In this document: positions 9,087-17,857 of the stretch, piece after piece | How the letters are laid out: each line of letters starts with the position of its first letter | Numbering within the stretch: the first letter of the stretch is position 1 | DNA from: an uncultured Melioribacter sp. | GTDB lineage: Bacteria > Bacteroidota > Ignavibacteria > Kapaibacteriales > Kapaibacteriaceae | Assembly (NCBI GenBank): GCA_964465685.1 | Contig: CAYXKK010000002.1 | Span: 106,852 to 170,851, forward strand | Direction: 5' to 3' | DNA: 64,000 bases | The notes under the pieces: generated by a model | Databases searched by the model: none | What the model saw: the letters and a program-made list of their open reading frames with translations, nothing else | Told to the model about the DNA's origin: nothing | Translations under genes and position numbers: made by a program

Positions 9087-10279
9087 GTCGCGTCGTCACG
9101 ATCTTCTTCCTCTTCGCTGTACTGACGTCTATCGCGATTGGTCAGAGTACTATCGCCGACACAAAGCGCGAGCTGAGTCGACTCCGACAATCGATCGAAG
9201 AGACGCGTGCGCGTATCTCCGCGCTGAACCGGCGTGAGTCGTCTGCGTTGCGCTCGTTATCATCGTTCCAACGACAACGACATCAGATCACGACCTTCAT
9301 TGCTCGACTCGAAGAGGACGTTCAGCGTCTGCAGGACACAGCGAACGTGCTCGAGTCACGTATTACGTCGACACAATCCGCGCTCGATCGTGCGGAATCG
9401 TCGTGGCGTGAAACAGCAGAGCGCATGCGAGTGTATCAGCGAGAGCACTCAGGCGTTCCGCGAGCATCGCTCAGCAACGATGTTGTCTTCCGCGCCCTCA
9501 CGTCGTCGCTGTCAGCGTATCGCAATTCCATGCGGTCACTTCGTGACTCACTTGCCGAACAGAAGGATCTACTAGAGGACGTCACAACGACTCAGCAACA
9601 AATCATCACAGCGAAGGAACGTGAGCGATCATCGCTGTCGTCTACGATCACGAAAAGTCAGCAGGAGCTGCAGCGTCTTCGGTCGAACAAGGAAACGCTG
9701 CTTAAGGAGTTACAGAAAAAGCAGCAGAGTGCTCAGCGCGTGCGCAGCATGATCTCGAACCTTGTGGCCCGAGAACGTCAGCGAGAAGATCAACGCAAAC
9801 GCGACAATGCTCGTGCTGCTTCCAAACGACCATCGCGCGAAACGAGTGAAGAGCGCGCACGTCCTGAACGTACGCCAAGCGCTCCTGGGTTCGCACGACG
9901 GTCCCTTCCATGGCCCACGCCGTCAACGTCGCTTCTGCAGGGCTACGGCACCTACCGTAATCCCAAGACGGGCACAACACTTGAGAACCCCGGGATCGAC
10001 ATTCGTGCTGCTGTAGGGACACGCGTATCTAGCATTGGCAAAGGCGAAGTTTCAAGTGTTACGTGGTTGCCAGGATTTGGCTCACTCGTTATCGTCGACC
10101 ATAAGAACGGGTTTCGTTCGGTTTATGCGAATCTCGCGACCGTCAACGTACGCCAAGGAAGCACGGTACAGCAAGGGACGATCGTCGGCACGAGCGGAGA
10201 GAACATCGACGGAGCGCTTGTGCACTTCGAGTTATGGTACGGTCGTGACCGATTGAATCCGACTACCTACCTGCGTTAA
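9080..10279 (+). CDS. M23 family peptidase with N-terminal signal peptide and coiled coil (EnvC-like murein hydrolase activator); 5' end uncertain
   Basis: The C-terminal LytM/M23 domain includes '...GIDIRAAVGTRVSSIGKGEV...HKNGFRSVYANLATV...GALVHFELWYG'. The frame is open from about 9035 and encodes a signal peptide (VVTIFFLFAVLTSIAIGQS) and coiled coil upstream of the first canonical start (TTG 9248). Position 9080 is an in-frame ATT. Confidence 0.75.
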   Translation: MLSRVVTIFFLFAVLTSIAIGQSTIADTKRELSRLRQSIEETRARISALNRRESSALRSLSSFQRQRHQITTFIARLEEDVQRLQDTANVLESRITSTQSALDRAESSWRETAERMRVYQREHSGVPRASLSNDVVFRALTSSLSAYRNSMRSLRDSLAEQKDLLEDVTTTQQQIITAKERERSSLSSTITKSQQELQRLRSNKETLLKELQKKQQSAQRVRSMISNLVARERQREDQRKRDNARAASKRPSRETSEERARPERTPSAPGFARRSLPWPTPSTSLLQGYGTYRNPKTGTTLENPGIDIRAAVGTRVSSIGKGEVSSVTWLPGFGSLVIVDHKNGFRSVYANLATVNVRQGSTVQQGTIVGTSGENIDGALVHFELWYGRDRLNPTTYLR

Positions 10280-11465
10280 TGCGATCTTCGATCGCGATGT
10301 AGTCCTCGATGCGCTTTGCTGCATCCGGGTTATTGACACGTCGATATGATGCAATCAGCATTCCGCAAATCCGATTGCGATACATCTTCCGCTTCGACAG
10401 ATCCTTAATCTGCAGCCATGCTCGCTGCTCGTACGGACGTCGCAATAGTCTGATCACGCTACCTGCCGAACGTGCACTATCGGCCGCTGCCTTTTGAACC
10501 AGGTTGTAGAGGCGACGCTCATATGTCTGCGCGTTCACAGGGATACTGTCGAGTCCGAGACGTGAGATCTTCTGTGTGATCTGCTGGTCGATTGCATTGA
10601 CGTTGGCGGAGTCGAACGAGTAAACCTTCAGCTTTGTGATGAGCGATGGCTTGAGTCGCACCCAAATGCGCGATGGGTCAGCGTCGGAAAACCCGCGTGA
10701 ACGCAGCGCATCGAGCATCTGATCGCACATGTCATACGTTAGATTCGTCTCGACAAGTGCCAGCGATGCGCGCAAGGCGAGCTCTCCAAGCAAATTGTCC
10801 GTTTGGTCAAATGCTCGAAGAATGATCTGTCGAATGAACTGACCTTGGTTGTAGACGCGCTGGTAATCACCCGCAGCATATGCTTGACGTGAGCGGAGAA
10901 CACGAAGCGTCGACGAAGCATTCTCTTTGTATCCCATCAACTCCAGCAAACCGATTGCTTGAGAGAATCCGAACTCAACCCAGTAGTCTATTCGCGATAC
11001 GCCAGCGATTTCCGCAGCAGCTACATGGTACGCCGCACGTCCGCGGTTTGCACGGACGTTGGTCAGCTTGTTGAGTCCAGTGGTATCCTCGAAGCCTGCA
11101 TCATGTGGTGTATCGCGAGGGATCGAGATAATCTCGATGCAACCCGAGTCAAGGAAGAAGCGCACAAGATGATTCGCATCTGCGTGTCCCATGGGATCGC
11201 CAAGACGTGAATCGAGTCCGGTTACCATAATGTTGACAACGCGTCCCGATGGCGTCGGGAACTCATTGTTCCGCAGCGTCACCGTTGTATCGGTCACAGC
11301 AAATGTTGTGGTGTCGACACCATCCTTCGTTCCAGCAGCGTTGCCCTGCTGCGCACCAGCGCTGACTGAATCTGCCGCTTGCTCAACAACAGACGAGTCG
11401 GCGGGCCCACAGCTGATCAGCGCGACAACCGCTACCGCCATCACCAGATAGGTTAATGCCTTCAC
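10263..11465 (-). CDS. LytR-CpsA-Psr (LCP) family cell-envelope polymer transferase
   Basis: 400-aa ORF with lipoprotein-type signal 'VALISCG' and LCP core 'NIMVTGLDSRLGDPMGHADANHLVRFFLDSGCIEIISIPRDT'. Confidence 0.75.
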   Translation of the reverse strand: MKALTYLVMAVAVVALISCGPADSSVVEQAADSVSAGAQQGNAAGTKDGVDTTTFAVTDTTVTLRNNEFPTPSGRVVNIMVTGLDSRLGDPMGHADANHLVRFFLDSGCIEIISIPRDTPHDAGFEDTTGLNKLTNVRANRGRAAYHVAAAEIAGVSRIDYWVEFGFSQAIGLLELMGYKENASSTLRVLRSRQAYAAGDYQRVYNQGQFIRQIILRAFDQTDNLLGELALRASLALVETNLTYDMCDQMLDALRSRGFSDADPSRIWVRLKPSLITKLKVYSFDSANVNAIDQQITQKISRLGLDSIPVNAQTYERRLYNLVQKAAADSARSAGSVIRLLRRPYEQRAWLQIKDLSKRKMYRNRICGMLIASYRRVNNPDAAKRIEDYIAIEDRINAGR

Positions 11466-12262
11466 AGCCCCTTGCCTTTCGCTTCGTCCCAGTACGCATC
11501 CATTTCTTCCAACGTCATGCCGTTGAGCTTTTTGCCCTCTTCTTGCGCACGCTGTTCGATGTGCTGGAATCGACGCATAAATGTGCCGATGGTACCATGG
11601 AGTGAATCTTCGGCGATCACGCCTTCATGTCGCGCGGCATTAACAAGAGCGAAGAACACGTCACCGAACTCACGTGCAGTGCCTTCTTTGTTGCCTTCGT
11701 TGATTTCATGCTTGAGTTCGTCGAGCTCTTCGTCGACCTTCGCCCAGACATCACGGCGATCGTGCCAATCAAACCCAACGTTTGCAGCTTTCTCTTGCAC
11801 ACGCTGCGCACGCAACGCTGCAGGCAATGCGCGGGGCACGCCGTCAAGGATTGATGTGCGACCTTCATTCATCTTCAACGCTTCCCAGTTTTGCAGCACA
11901 ACGTCCTCGGTCGCCGCAACGGTGTCGGCGAAGATGTGTGGGTGTCGATTGACGAGCTTATCAAACTCCGACGCAATCACCGAGCGCAGATCGAACGCAT
12001 TACGTTGTTCGGCCATCACGCTGTGCATCACAACGTGCAGGAGCAAGTCACCGAGCTCCTTTCGCATCTCTACATCATCGCCCGCTTGGATCGCATCAAT
12101 CGTTTCGTAGGCTTCCTCAATGAGGAGATGCGAAATCGACCGGTGTGTTTGTTTCATGTCCCACGGACATTGCTCCCGAAGGATACGCACAAGTGTGATA
12201 AACGCGTCGAGATACGAGAGCGTATCGTTTGGATTTGCTGGATGTGGAATTGGCGTCGGCAT
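11462..12262 (-). CDS. mazG: nucleoside triphosphate pyrophosphohydrolase MazG
   Basis: Tandem MazG domains ('...LVRILREQCPWDMKQTHRSISHLLIEEAYE...EELGDLLLHVVMH' and '...KVDEELDELKHEI...EFGDVFFALVN'). The ORF track extends to 12328; an internal ATG near 12262 avoids overlap with the upstream gene. Confidence 0.85.
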   Translation of the reverse strand: MPTPIPHPANPNDTLSYLDAFITLVRILREQCPWDMKQTHRSISHLLIEEAYETIDAIQAGDDVEMRKELGDLLLHVVMHSVMAEQRNAFDLRSVIASEFDKLVNRHPHIFADTVAATEDVVLQNWEALKMNEGRTSILDGVPRALPAALRAQRVQEKAANVGFDWHDRRDVWAKVDEELDELKHEINEGNKEGTAREFGDVFFALVNAARHEGVIAEDSLHGTIGTFMRRFQHIEQRAQEEGKKLNGMTLEEMDAYWDEAKGKGL

Positions 12263-12263
12263 C

Positions 12264-12881
12264 TTAGTTCCCAAAAGTGATGCCAGCGTTGATACTCCAG
12301 AACGCGATGGCATGGGTTGATGCATCATACAACGGCGTTCCGGATGGGAATCCGTAGCTCATACGTGCCGACAGATCCACCATCGTCTGAAACGATACCG
12401 GTATCAAGAGTCCGACCGAGGGTGCGACACCCAAATGCCAGTTTGTTTCGTTAAACTCAACGAATCCGACATCGAGCACTTGATTCGACGTTACGGCGCC
12501 AGCTGCGAGACCTACGAACGGACGCACATCTCTTGAGCGACCGAACACGTAGCGCGACCCGGCCATGATCGTGAAGGCGTTTACGGTATGCACCTGAGTT
12601 CCATTCATCGCGGCCTCATATTCGCCGCTCTGGAAGTGATGCGTCCTGTTGCGGTACACATCCGACCACATGTTGTAGCCTGCCACGAGACCCACCGATA
12701 TGTGGTCCTGCACCCACCACTGCACATCGAGTCCCATTCCACTTGCAGAGGTTTCATCAACAAATGAACGAAACGCGCCAGCAGGCGTGGCTACCGACCA
12801 CATAAGACTTGCGTAGTATCGCTGCGCTGAGAGCTGCAGTGCAGATAGCACGACGAAGCAAGCGACGAGGATGATTCTCAT
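12264..12881 (-). CDS. outer-membrane beta-barrel protein (OmpW/porin-like), hypothetical
   Basis: Internal ATG (MRIILVACFVVLSALQLSAQ) followed by alternating hydrophobic beta-strand patterning. The start overlaps the upstream stop in ATGA style. Confidence 0.55.
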   Translation of the reverse strand: MRIILVACFVVLSALQLSAQRYYASLMWSVATPAGAFRSFVDETSASGMGLDVQWWVQDHISVGLVAGYNMWSDVYRNRTHHFQSGEYEAAMNGTQVHTVNAFTIMAGSRYVFGRSRDVRPFVGLAAGAVTSNQVLDVGFVEFNETNWHLGVAPSVGLLIPVSFQTMVDLSARMSYGFPSGTPLYDASTHAIAFWSINAGITFGN

Positions 12882-13516
12882 TGCGCACCTCCGGCAATGA
12901 GGTATGGTGACTGTTCGAACATCTGATTGATCTTCGTGGTCAGGTACGAACGTGAGATTGTGCCTGCAAGAAGTCCGCTCAGTGAACCGCTCCACACAAT
13001 TGGATTCTTTGTGCCACGCTGTGCAAACCCACGATCAACCATATCGACATTGATGCGACCGATGTTATAGGTCATCGACCCGTACGACGGACCCCAGTAT
13101 GGTGGATAGTATGGACCCCACCCCCACCCCCAGTAGCCGTCCCAATAGTCGTTCCAGCCCGAGTAATACGATGTGAAGCTAGATGCAGTGCCGGCAACAT
13201 AGACCATTACATCAGGCGCTTCCTGCAGCGTGTCGATTACTCGGCGGTACCCACGTGCCTCGAGATTGCGCACGATCGTTGTCAAAATCATCCCATCGTA
13301 TGAACGGCCCAGCAGCCTATCTGTGTCATTGCCGACATGGATGATTGTGTCTGGCATCGCGAATGTTCGATAAGACGAGAACGCTGTGCCTGGGATGTAC
13401 CCCGTAAGCACCGCATCATAATCTTCGACAGATAAGCCGTGCGAAGGGATGCACGATGGGACTGCACCGAGCACAAATCCACTGATCAGAAGTGCGATCA
13501 GGGTCCGATTGAACAT
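12878..13516 (-). CDS. DUF4136-like secreted protein or lipoprotein with an aromatic/Gly-rich insertion
   Basis: 212 aa with signal 'MFNRTLIALLISGFVLGAVPSC' and core 'GRINVDMVDRGFAQRGTKNPIVWSGS', which resembles DUF4136. It carries an unusual 'SYYSGWNDYWDGYWGWGWGPYYPPYWGPSYG' segment. Confidence 0.55.
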   Translation of the reverse strand: MFNRTLIALLISGFVLGAVPSCIPSHGLSVEDYDAVLTGYIPGTAFSSYRTFAMPDTIIHVGNDTDRLLGRSYDGMILTTIVRNLEARGYRRVIDTLQEAPDVMVYVAGTASSFTSYYSGWNDYWDGYWGWGWGPYYPPYWGPSYGSMTYNIGRINVDMVDRGFAQRGTKNPIVWSGSLSGLLAGTISRSYLTTKINQMFEQSPYLIAGGAQ

Positions 13517-13551
13517 GTGTACCTCAAGAAATCGTAGAGGGCGAAAATACG

Positions 13552-14829
13552 TCAGATCGCCGCTTGCGCAGCCCCCGCGATAGCAATAACAGCCACAGCA
13601 GCAGCAATCATAACGATGAATGACAGTAGAAGTCGAAATGCAAATGCTATTGAGCCTGATGTAGCGGCAAGCACAAGCTTGACCACCATGTTCATTGCGA
13701 TCGCAACGACAACTACGATCACCCCCTCCATCTCGCCCAACGCTTGTATCGACACACGATCTACAACCGTCAGGACGATAGCGTCAACGTCGACCAAGGC
13801 ACCCACCGCTCCAGTGACGAGCAAGCCCTGCTGGCCAATCAACGCAGTGGCGGCGTTGCCAACGAACGAAATCACAGCCATATACGCGGCGAACTGCAAG
13901 GCGGGCATCACACGAAGTGGATTCGCCACCTTCGTAACATCAGGCGCAGCCCCTTCGATGTCACCCCGCACGAGCACACTGAGAAGGATACCAGCTGCCG
14001 CAGCGGCGAGCAACGCAGGTAGCACATTTCCAAGTAGTTGCGGCGCTGCGATTGCAATGAGTGCACCTACACGTAGGAACTGGATGCTGTTCGATAAGGT
14101 CGCGTACTTCCATGAAGAGGTCAGTGATGCAGCATTACCGGCAACGCGTCGTGCGAATGTTTGCGTCATCACCGTTGTCGAGACAAGGCTACCAACAACG
14201 GCAAGGATTATCGTTCCTTTGCGATGGCCAAGGAATTTGGTGAGGAAGTATCCGATAAAGGAGACTCCACTTACGGCGATGACGGCAATCCAGAGCGAGC
14301 GCGGAGCGAGAAAGTCATAGGGTCCATACCGTCCGTCTGGCAGAAGCGGAAGGATGATGAAGATCAGTGCAAGAAATCGCACCGTGTCTGCAAGCTCACG
14401 ATCGGTGATCGTCTCGCGGAAGAACTTTTTAACGCTCGGCTTTGCGTCGAGGAAGAGCACCACAATGATGGCAAGTGCGATACCTATGCCATCATAGGCA
14501 TCATCACCTGGCATCGACACGAGATATGACAACACAAAGGTGACAATCATTGCCATCTCTGTGGTGATGCCGGCTTCAAAGGGCTCTCGAAGATGATGAG
14601 CGATCATTACACCTGAGAGTCCAAGAGCAACGATTGCTGTGAGCCACCACACGTTGATGAGAGCACACACAAAGGCAATCGCAGAGATCACGAGAAAGTC
14701 GCGCAGACCGACGTGCACATTCGCACGTGCGGTTTCACGCTCGGCACCGATCAGAAGACCTATCAGAAGTGCGATCGCAAGCGAGATCCACGTCGACGCA
14801 TTACCAAGTTCGAAGAGCTGCTCAATCAT
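13552..14829 (-). CDS. MgtC/SapB family plus DUF4010 integral membrane protein
   Basis: 425-aa polytopic protein. The N-terminus 'WISLAIALLIGLLIGAERE' is the MgtC signature and the long C-terminal hydrophobic domain is typical of DUF4010. Confidence 0.7.
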   Translation of the reverse strand: MIEQLFELGNASTWISLAIALLIGLLIGAERETARANVHVGLRDFLVISAIAFVCALINVWWLTAIVALGLSGVMIAHHLREPFEAGITTEMAMIVTFVLSYLVSMPGDDAYDGIGIALAIIVVLFLDAKPSVKKFFRETITDRELADTVRFLALIFIILPLLPDGRYGPYDFLAPRSLWIAVIAVSGVSFIGYFLTKFLGHRKGTIILAVVGSLVSTTVMTQTFARRVAGNAASLTSSWKYATLSNSIQFLRVGALIAIAAPQLLGNVLPALLAAAAAGILLSVLVRGDIEGAAPDVTKVANPLRVMPALQFAAYMAVISFVGNAATALIGQQGLLVTGAVGALVDVDAIVLTVVDRVSIQALGEMEGVIVVVVAIAMNMVVKLVLAATSGSIAFAFRLLLSFIVMIAAAVAVIAIAGAAQAAI

Positions 14830-14907
14830 TCGTTACCGTTACCAAAAATGAACAACGGCACATGGAGAAACTCCACGTGCCGTTGATGAATCTTCGTTTC
14901 ATCCACG

Positions 14908-15891
14908 TTATGCCAGCGGCACAACATACTTCTCGGTTGGTTTCGCAAGCGCTTGGCGTACCCAGCGACCTTGCTCTTCGGCCATCTTACGCACTGCAAT
15001 ACGCTCGGCGTTGCATGGTCCGTCGCCGTTGATCACGCGCTTGAACTCTGCCCAGTCGGGATCGCCATACGACCACTTTCCTGTGAGTGGATCCTTCTTG
15101 AGCTCTTCATCTGGAATTGTGAGGCCAAGTTCCCAAATCTTCGGAACGTACTGGTTGAAGAACTGCTGACGCATGTCATCGTTCGACGCCATCTTGACCT
15201 TCCACTTCATGAGCTTCTCGCTGTGCACCGACGCAACGTCCGGTGGACCGAAGAAGTGCATGATCGGACGCCACCAACGGTTGAATGCTTCTTGCAGCAT
15301 TTCGCGCTGCTTCGGCGTTCCTGTAGCAAGGGCTACGACGTTGTCGTAGCCGTACTTGAGGTGGAATGACTCTTCTTGGCAAATGCGCTCAAGAGCACGA
15401 CAATACGGTGCGTACGAGCCCTTCGAGTTTGCAACCTGATTGATGATCGCCGACGCATCAATCAACCATGCGATCACCGCAGTGTCGGCCCATGTGATCG
15501 CCGGGTAGTTGAACACGTTCGAGTACTTCGACTTGCCATTGAGCAGGTCGTCGATCATCTTCTCGCGTGGCTTGCCAAGCGTCTCGGCAGCACTGTAGAG
15601 CAGCTGCGCGTGCCCTACTTCGTCCTGCACCTTTGCCATCAATGCAATCTTGCGCTTAAAACCCGGCGCACGTGTGATCCACGTACCCTCTGGCAGTGCA
15701 CCGATGATCTCGCTGTGTGCGTGCTGTTCGATCATGCGCACAAGCTGGCGCCGATACTCCGAAGGCATCCAGTCGTGCGGCTCGATCTTCTCACCGCGCG
15801 CGATCTTCTCTTCAAATTCGGCAAGCTTGATCGGATCGTCCACTGGTTGATCCGCACTTGGTCCGTCGACAATGGTGATGTTACCGTACAT
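14908..15891 (-). CDS. paaA: 1,2-phenylacetyl-CoA epoxidase subunit A homologue (PaaA-like ferritin-like di-iron oxygenase), orphan
   Basis: 327 aa, collinear with PaaA: '[41 protein letters not shown]', '[14 protein letters not shown]', '[11 protein letters not shown]'. No paaBCDE genes are adjacent. Confidence 0.8.
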   Translation of the reverse strand: MYGNITIVDGPSADQPVDDPIKLAEFEEKIARGEKIEPHDWMPSEYRRQLVRMIEQHAHSEIIGALPEGTWITRAPGFKRKIALMAKVQDEVGHAQLLYSAAETLGKPREKMIDDLLNGKSKYSNVFNYPAITWADTAVIAWLIDASAIINQVANSKGSYAPYCRALERICQEESFHLKYGYDNVVALATGTPKQREMLQEAFNRWWRPIMHFFGPPDVASVHSEKLMKWKVKMASNDDMRQQFFNQYVPKIWELGLTIPDEELKKDPLTGKWSYGDPDWAEFKRVINGDGPCNAERIAVRKMAEEQGRWVRQALAKPTEKYVVPLA

Positions 15892-15903
15892 AGTTGGTTC
15901 TCC

Positions 15904-16509
15904 TCAACGCAAATTAGCATACCGGAAGTGATAAAACCCGATCGGAGAGTTTTGTGTTGGGGTCACAGGGGCCCCCTCGTAGATGCTTGTGAACTGGAAC
16001 TTTACAAGTCGCCCTTTGTCCGTCTCGATAACGATACATCGATCTGGGCTCGGCGCAAGGGTGTGATTCGGCGCACCGGCATAGATCCATGACCCGTTAG
16101 CACCGACAAACGAGATCACAGGATTGAGCGTATCGTCGGAACGCAACGTCAGACCAGATGGCATGCTTGTCACCTGCTCGAAGCGACTCTTGACCAGTGC
16201 GCCATGCGTGGCTCCAGGACCGGCATTTCCCGAATTGAGCTGAACGGTAACCGTGCGCGTGTTTCCGCAGCAGCGAAGGTACGCCATGCGGATATCCCAT
16301 TCCGATATGCCAGCAGACAGAGGCGACACCACCGAGTCCCCATCGATTGAATAGTACAACCAACCGATGGCGCTATCTGCCCGGAGGTCAGCACGCGTCA
16401 CGACGGTTGTATCCGTGGGGATATCGGGGGCAACTGGTTTTTGCGTACATCCCGGAGTGAACAGCAAAAGCACCGCAAGTGCAACGAGAAGAAAGAGGCG
16501 AATCATCAA
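15904..16509 (-). CDS. HmuY-like lipoprotein
   Basis: 201 aa with signal plus Cys ('LLLFTPGC'). The 'EWDIRMAYLRCCGNTRTVTVQLNSGNAGPGATHGAL' pattern resembles the HmuY family (WDIAF...tNgG.sG.G) recalled from memory. The family call is tentative. Confidence 0.5.
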   Translation of the reverse strand: MMIRLFLLVALAVLLLFTPGCTQKPVAPDIPTDTTVVTRADLRADSAIGWLYYSIDGDSVVSPLSAGISEWDIRMAYLRCCGNTRTVTVQLNSGNAGPGATHGALVKSRFEQVTSMPSGLTLRSDDTLNPVISFVGANGSWIYAGAPNHTLAPSPDRCIVIETDKGRLVKFQFTSIYEGAPVTPTQNSPIGFYHFRYANLR

Positions 16510-16516
16510 TGTTCAA

Positions 16517-17830
16517 TCACTTTGTTCGAACCTGCACCCTACGAACAACCGCTTCACCGATCATAGTTCCATGCTCGTTCCCAGCATCACAACCGCGGCG
16601 GTAGTGAATGCCACCGTAGAGACGGCTGATTGACGCTTCTTCTGCGGCAGCTTTGAAACTCTTGAACGAACGCGGCTTCCAGCCAAATGGGACTTCCGTG
16701 CTGTCAACAAATGCAACGTCGCCGAAATGCGATGTCAGCACAACCGCCGCAGCAGCCGTAATCGTCGAGTGTCCGCTAGCATGCTCCGGGAACGGCGGCG
16801 TCTGGAGCATTGGCTCCCACGTCTTATCGATGTACTGATTGATGTAGGTTACGGGGCGAATAAGATTCCCGCGATATTTCTCAGCCCAACACGCTGTGAA
16901 TCCATCGAATAGCGCAAACGCAACAGTAGAATACACTTCGAATGAACGCACCATCGAAGCCCCTTGATCCTGGAGGACGCGCTGTGTGATGTTCATCCAG
17001 TGTCCACCGGGCGAGATCTGACGCGAGTTGTAGACGAAGTGGCCGTGGTAGTTGGTCAACACGGGATTGTCGTTCCAGAAGTTGGCAATCTCCTTCTGCT
17101 CGTCTGTGAGATTCTTGCTAACCTCAATCACTTCCATTGCGGTCTTGTAGAAGGCAGAATTTTTATCCGTGCTAAAAGGGATACTCGGCGGCACCTTGAA
17201 TTCGTTGGCGCCCGTTAGCACAATCGTGCGCACCTGGCCGCAGTATGGTGAAAGGGGCTTTGCAAAATTTGGTGGTGTTGGGATCCAACATGAGTCACAA
17301 CGTGGCCATTCGTAATCCGGCAAACCCTGCGTCCGAGTGTATCCGTCTGCTTTTGCGTAGGCGTTGATAGCCTTCCCTACCTCAACACCAAATGCCTTAG
17401 AGCGATCGAACACATCCTTTGGCACTTCAGCTTGAAGCGCCGTGAATTGAACCGCTGCGAGACTATCGGAAATGCCAATGCGGTACAGCAACTTGCTACA
17501 TGCCGCTTGCATTGCGGCAACCGTTGCTACACGATAATCATAGGCCACACCATCTTGTGGCGTGGGGCACGTAGTAAACCCATTCAACTTCCCTACCATG
17601 GTTGTGTATCCAGGCTCTGCGTGATACGATGCCTGATAGCCAGCGAGATTGGCATATGCGTGAATGCGAGCAGCGATTGGCGGACCAAACCCGTCCTCCA
17701 TGATCACTTCAATAACGCAACGATTCCACTGGTGCGCGACATCGGAACCAGTGAGTTTCTGTGCTGAGGCCGAGCCAACAAGCACAAGAAACGCAAGGAT
17801 GATCGAGTATGCATTCATGACCACAAACAT
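16517..17830 (-). CDS. vanadium-dependent haloperoxidase / PAP2 superfamily protein, secreted
   Basis: 437 aa with an N-terminal signal peptide and the three PAP2/V-HPO motifs: 'KYRGNLIRP', 'PFPEHASGHST' and 'SRLYGGIHYRRGCDAG'. Confidence 0.7.
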   Translation of the reverse strand: MFVVMNAYSIILAFLVLVGSASAQKLTGSDVAHQWNRCVIEVIMEDGFGPPIAARIHAYANLAGYQASYHAEPGYTTMVGKLNGFTTCPTPQDGVAYDYRVATVAAMQAACSKLLYRIGISDSLAAVQFTALQAEVPKDVFDRSKAFGVEVGKAINAYAKADGYTRTQGLPDYEWPRCDSCWIPTPPNFAKPLSPYCGQVRTIVLTGANEFKVPPSIPFSTDKNSAFYKTAMEVIEVSKNLTDEQKEIANFWNDNPVLTNYHGHFVYNSRQISPGGHWMNITQRVLQDQGASMVRSFEVYSTVAFALFDGFTACWAEKYRGNLIRPVTYINQYIDKTWEPMLQTPPFPEHASGHSTITAAAAVVLTSHFGDVAFVDSTEVPFGWKPRSFKSFKAAAEEASISRLYGGIHYRRGCDAGNEHGTMIGEAVVRRVQVRTK

Positions 17831-17857
17831 AGAAAAAGCGGACGTATCGGTCTGAAT

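Noticed and set aside
13616-14320. 234-aa plus-strand ORF inside the MgtC/DUF4010 gene
   Set aside because: It is antisense to a well-supported membrane-protein gene and has a low-complexity T/S/A-rich translation.
15376-16092. 238-aa plus-strand ORF spanning the PaaA-like and HmuY-like genes
   Set aside because: It crosses a gene boundary on the opposite strand and has no motif, so it is a shadow ORF.
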